NCBI RefSeq assembly: GCF_963921235.1
Contig: NC_086108.1
Coordinates: 43,526,001-43,590,000 of the forward strand
Direction: 5' to 3'
Source of the DNA: Mobula hypostoma
Lineage: Eukaryota
DNA: 64,000 nucleotides
Shown here: piece after piece, positions 63,041-64,000 of the stretch
Layout: each line of letters opens with the position of its first letter
Position numbering within the stretch: the stretch's first letter is position 1
Notes under the pieces: generated by a model
Seen by the model: only the letters and a program-made list of their open reading frames with translations
The model's database searches: none
Told to the model about the DNA's origin: nothing
Program-made: the position numbers and the translations under genes

Positions 63041-63300
63041 TAAGACCATAAGACATAGGAGCAGAATTAGCCATTCAGCCCATTGAGTCTGCTCTGCTAT
63101 TCCATCATGGTTGATCCCAGATCCCACCCAACCCCAAACACCTGCTTTCTCGCCATATCCTTTGATGCCCTGACCGATCAGGAAACGATCAATTTTCGCT
63201 TTAAATGTACTCACAGGCACCACCACAGTCTGTGGCACAGCATTCCACAAAGCCAATACTTTCTGGCTAAAAAAATTCCTCCTTACCTCTGTTCTAAATG
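63041..63300 (-). mobile_element. CR1 3' end
   Basis: taagaccataagacatagg tail; reads LWNAVPQ...FKAKIDRFL. Confidence 0.82.
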
Positions 63301-63304
63301 ATTG

Positions 63305-63870
63305 ACCTAGGCAGATTTACAGCTGTGCCATATTCTTTCCATTTCTTGATGATTGACTTATTGTATTCCAAGGGATATTCAGTGACTTGGAAATGTTCTT
63401 GTATCTATCTCCTGACTTGTGCTTTTCACTAACCTTTTCACGGAGTTGCTTGGAGTGTTTTTTTGTCTGCATGGTGTAGTTTTAGCCAGGATGCTGACTC
63501 GCCAACAGTTGGACTTTCCAGATACAGGGGTATTATTACTACAATCAACTGAAACATCTTGACTGCACATAGATGATCTCCATTTAACTAATTATGTGAC
63601 TTGCAAAGCTAATGAGGCTGCACCAGCGATGATTATAGTGTATCATATTAAAGGGAGTGAATACTGATGCAAACAATTATTTCATGTTTCCTATTTGTAA
63701 TCAATTTAGATCACTTTATAGAGATTGGTTTCATTTTGACATGAAAGAGTCTTTTTCTGTTGATCAGTGTCAAAAAAGACAAACTAAATCCACTGTGATT
63801 CATTGTTGTAAAATAACAAAACATGAAAACTTCCAAGGGGGGGGGGGTTGAATACTTTTTTTAGGCATTG
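63305..63870 (-). mobile_element. Passport-like Tc1 5' half
   Basis: End gaatactttttttaggcattg|TA. Transposase start codon at 63472-63470. Homologous to 29290-29694. Confidence 0.85.
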
Positions 63871-64000
63871 TAAGTGGACAGTATCAAAAGGTAGAAATAC
63901 ATATAATCCCCAGTATCTTTTTAAAACTCATTTCAAGTTCTGCTTGGAAGTGTTTTATGTTCTCATGCTGCTTTGATTCAGCCAGCAGTCTTTGATGTAG

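Overview
This is non-bacterial, repeat-dominated vertebrate DNA. The mix of CR1 LINEs, V-SINE/Deu-SINE remnants, Rex1/Babar, Tc1 and Gmr1-type Gypsy elements suggests a cartilaginous fish such as a ray (inference). No host protein gene can be identified with confidence. There is a CpG-rich promoter-like region near 1.4-2.0 kb with a candidate first exon encoding a hydrophobic peptide. The most striking signal is a recurrent family of Penelope-like (PLE) derived short elements, several built as TSD-flanked inverted repeats. Their arms carry a minimal type I hammerhead ribozyme motif (agtc-CTGAYGA-A-GGGTCTYRGCCY-GAAA-CGTC-gact). One copy is inserted across the ribozyme cleavage site of an older copy. 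Other highlights are a four-level nest (Sleeping Beauty-like Tc1 > CR1 > hAT > solo LTR + Rex1), a three-level nest (Passport-like Tc1 > second Tc1 > Rex1), two Tc1 elements rearranged into 3'-3' palindromic derivatives, a two-LTR Gmr1-type Gypsy provirus (integrase before RT) lacking its RT core, a young CR1 with an uninterrupted 681-aa ORF, and two minisatellites. Family names come from recalled motifs, not database searches.
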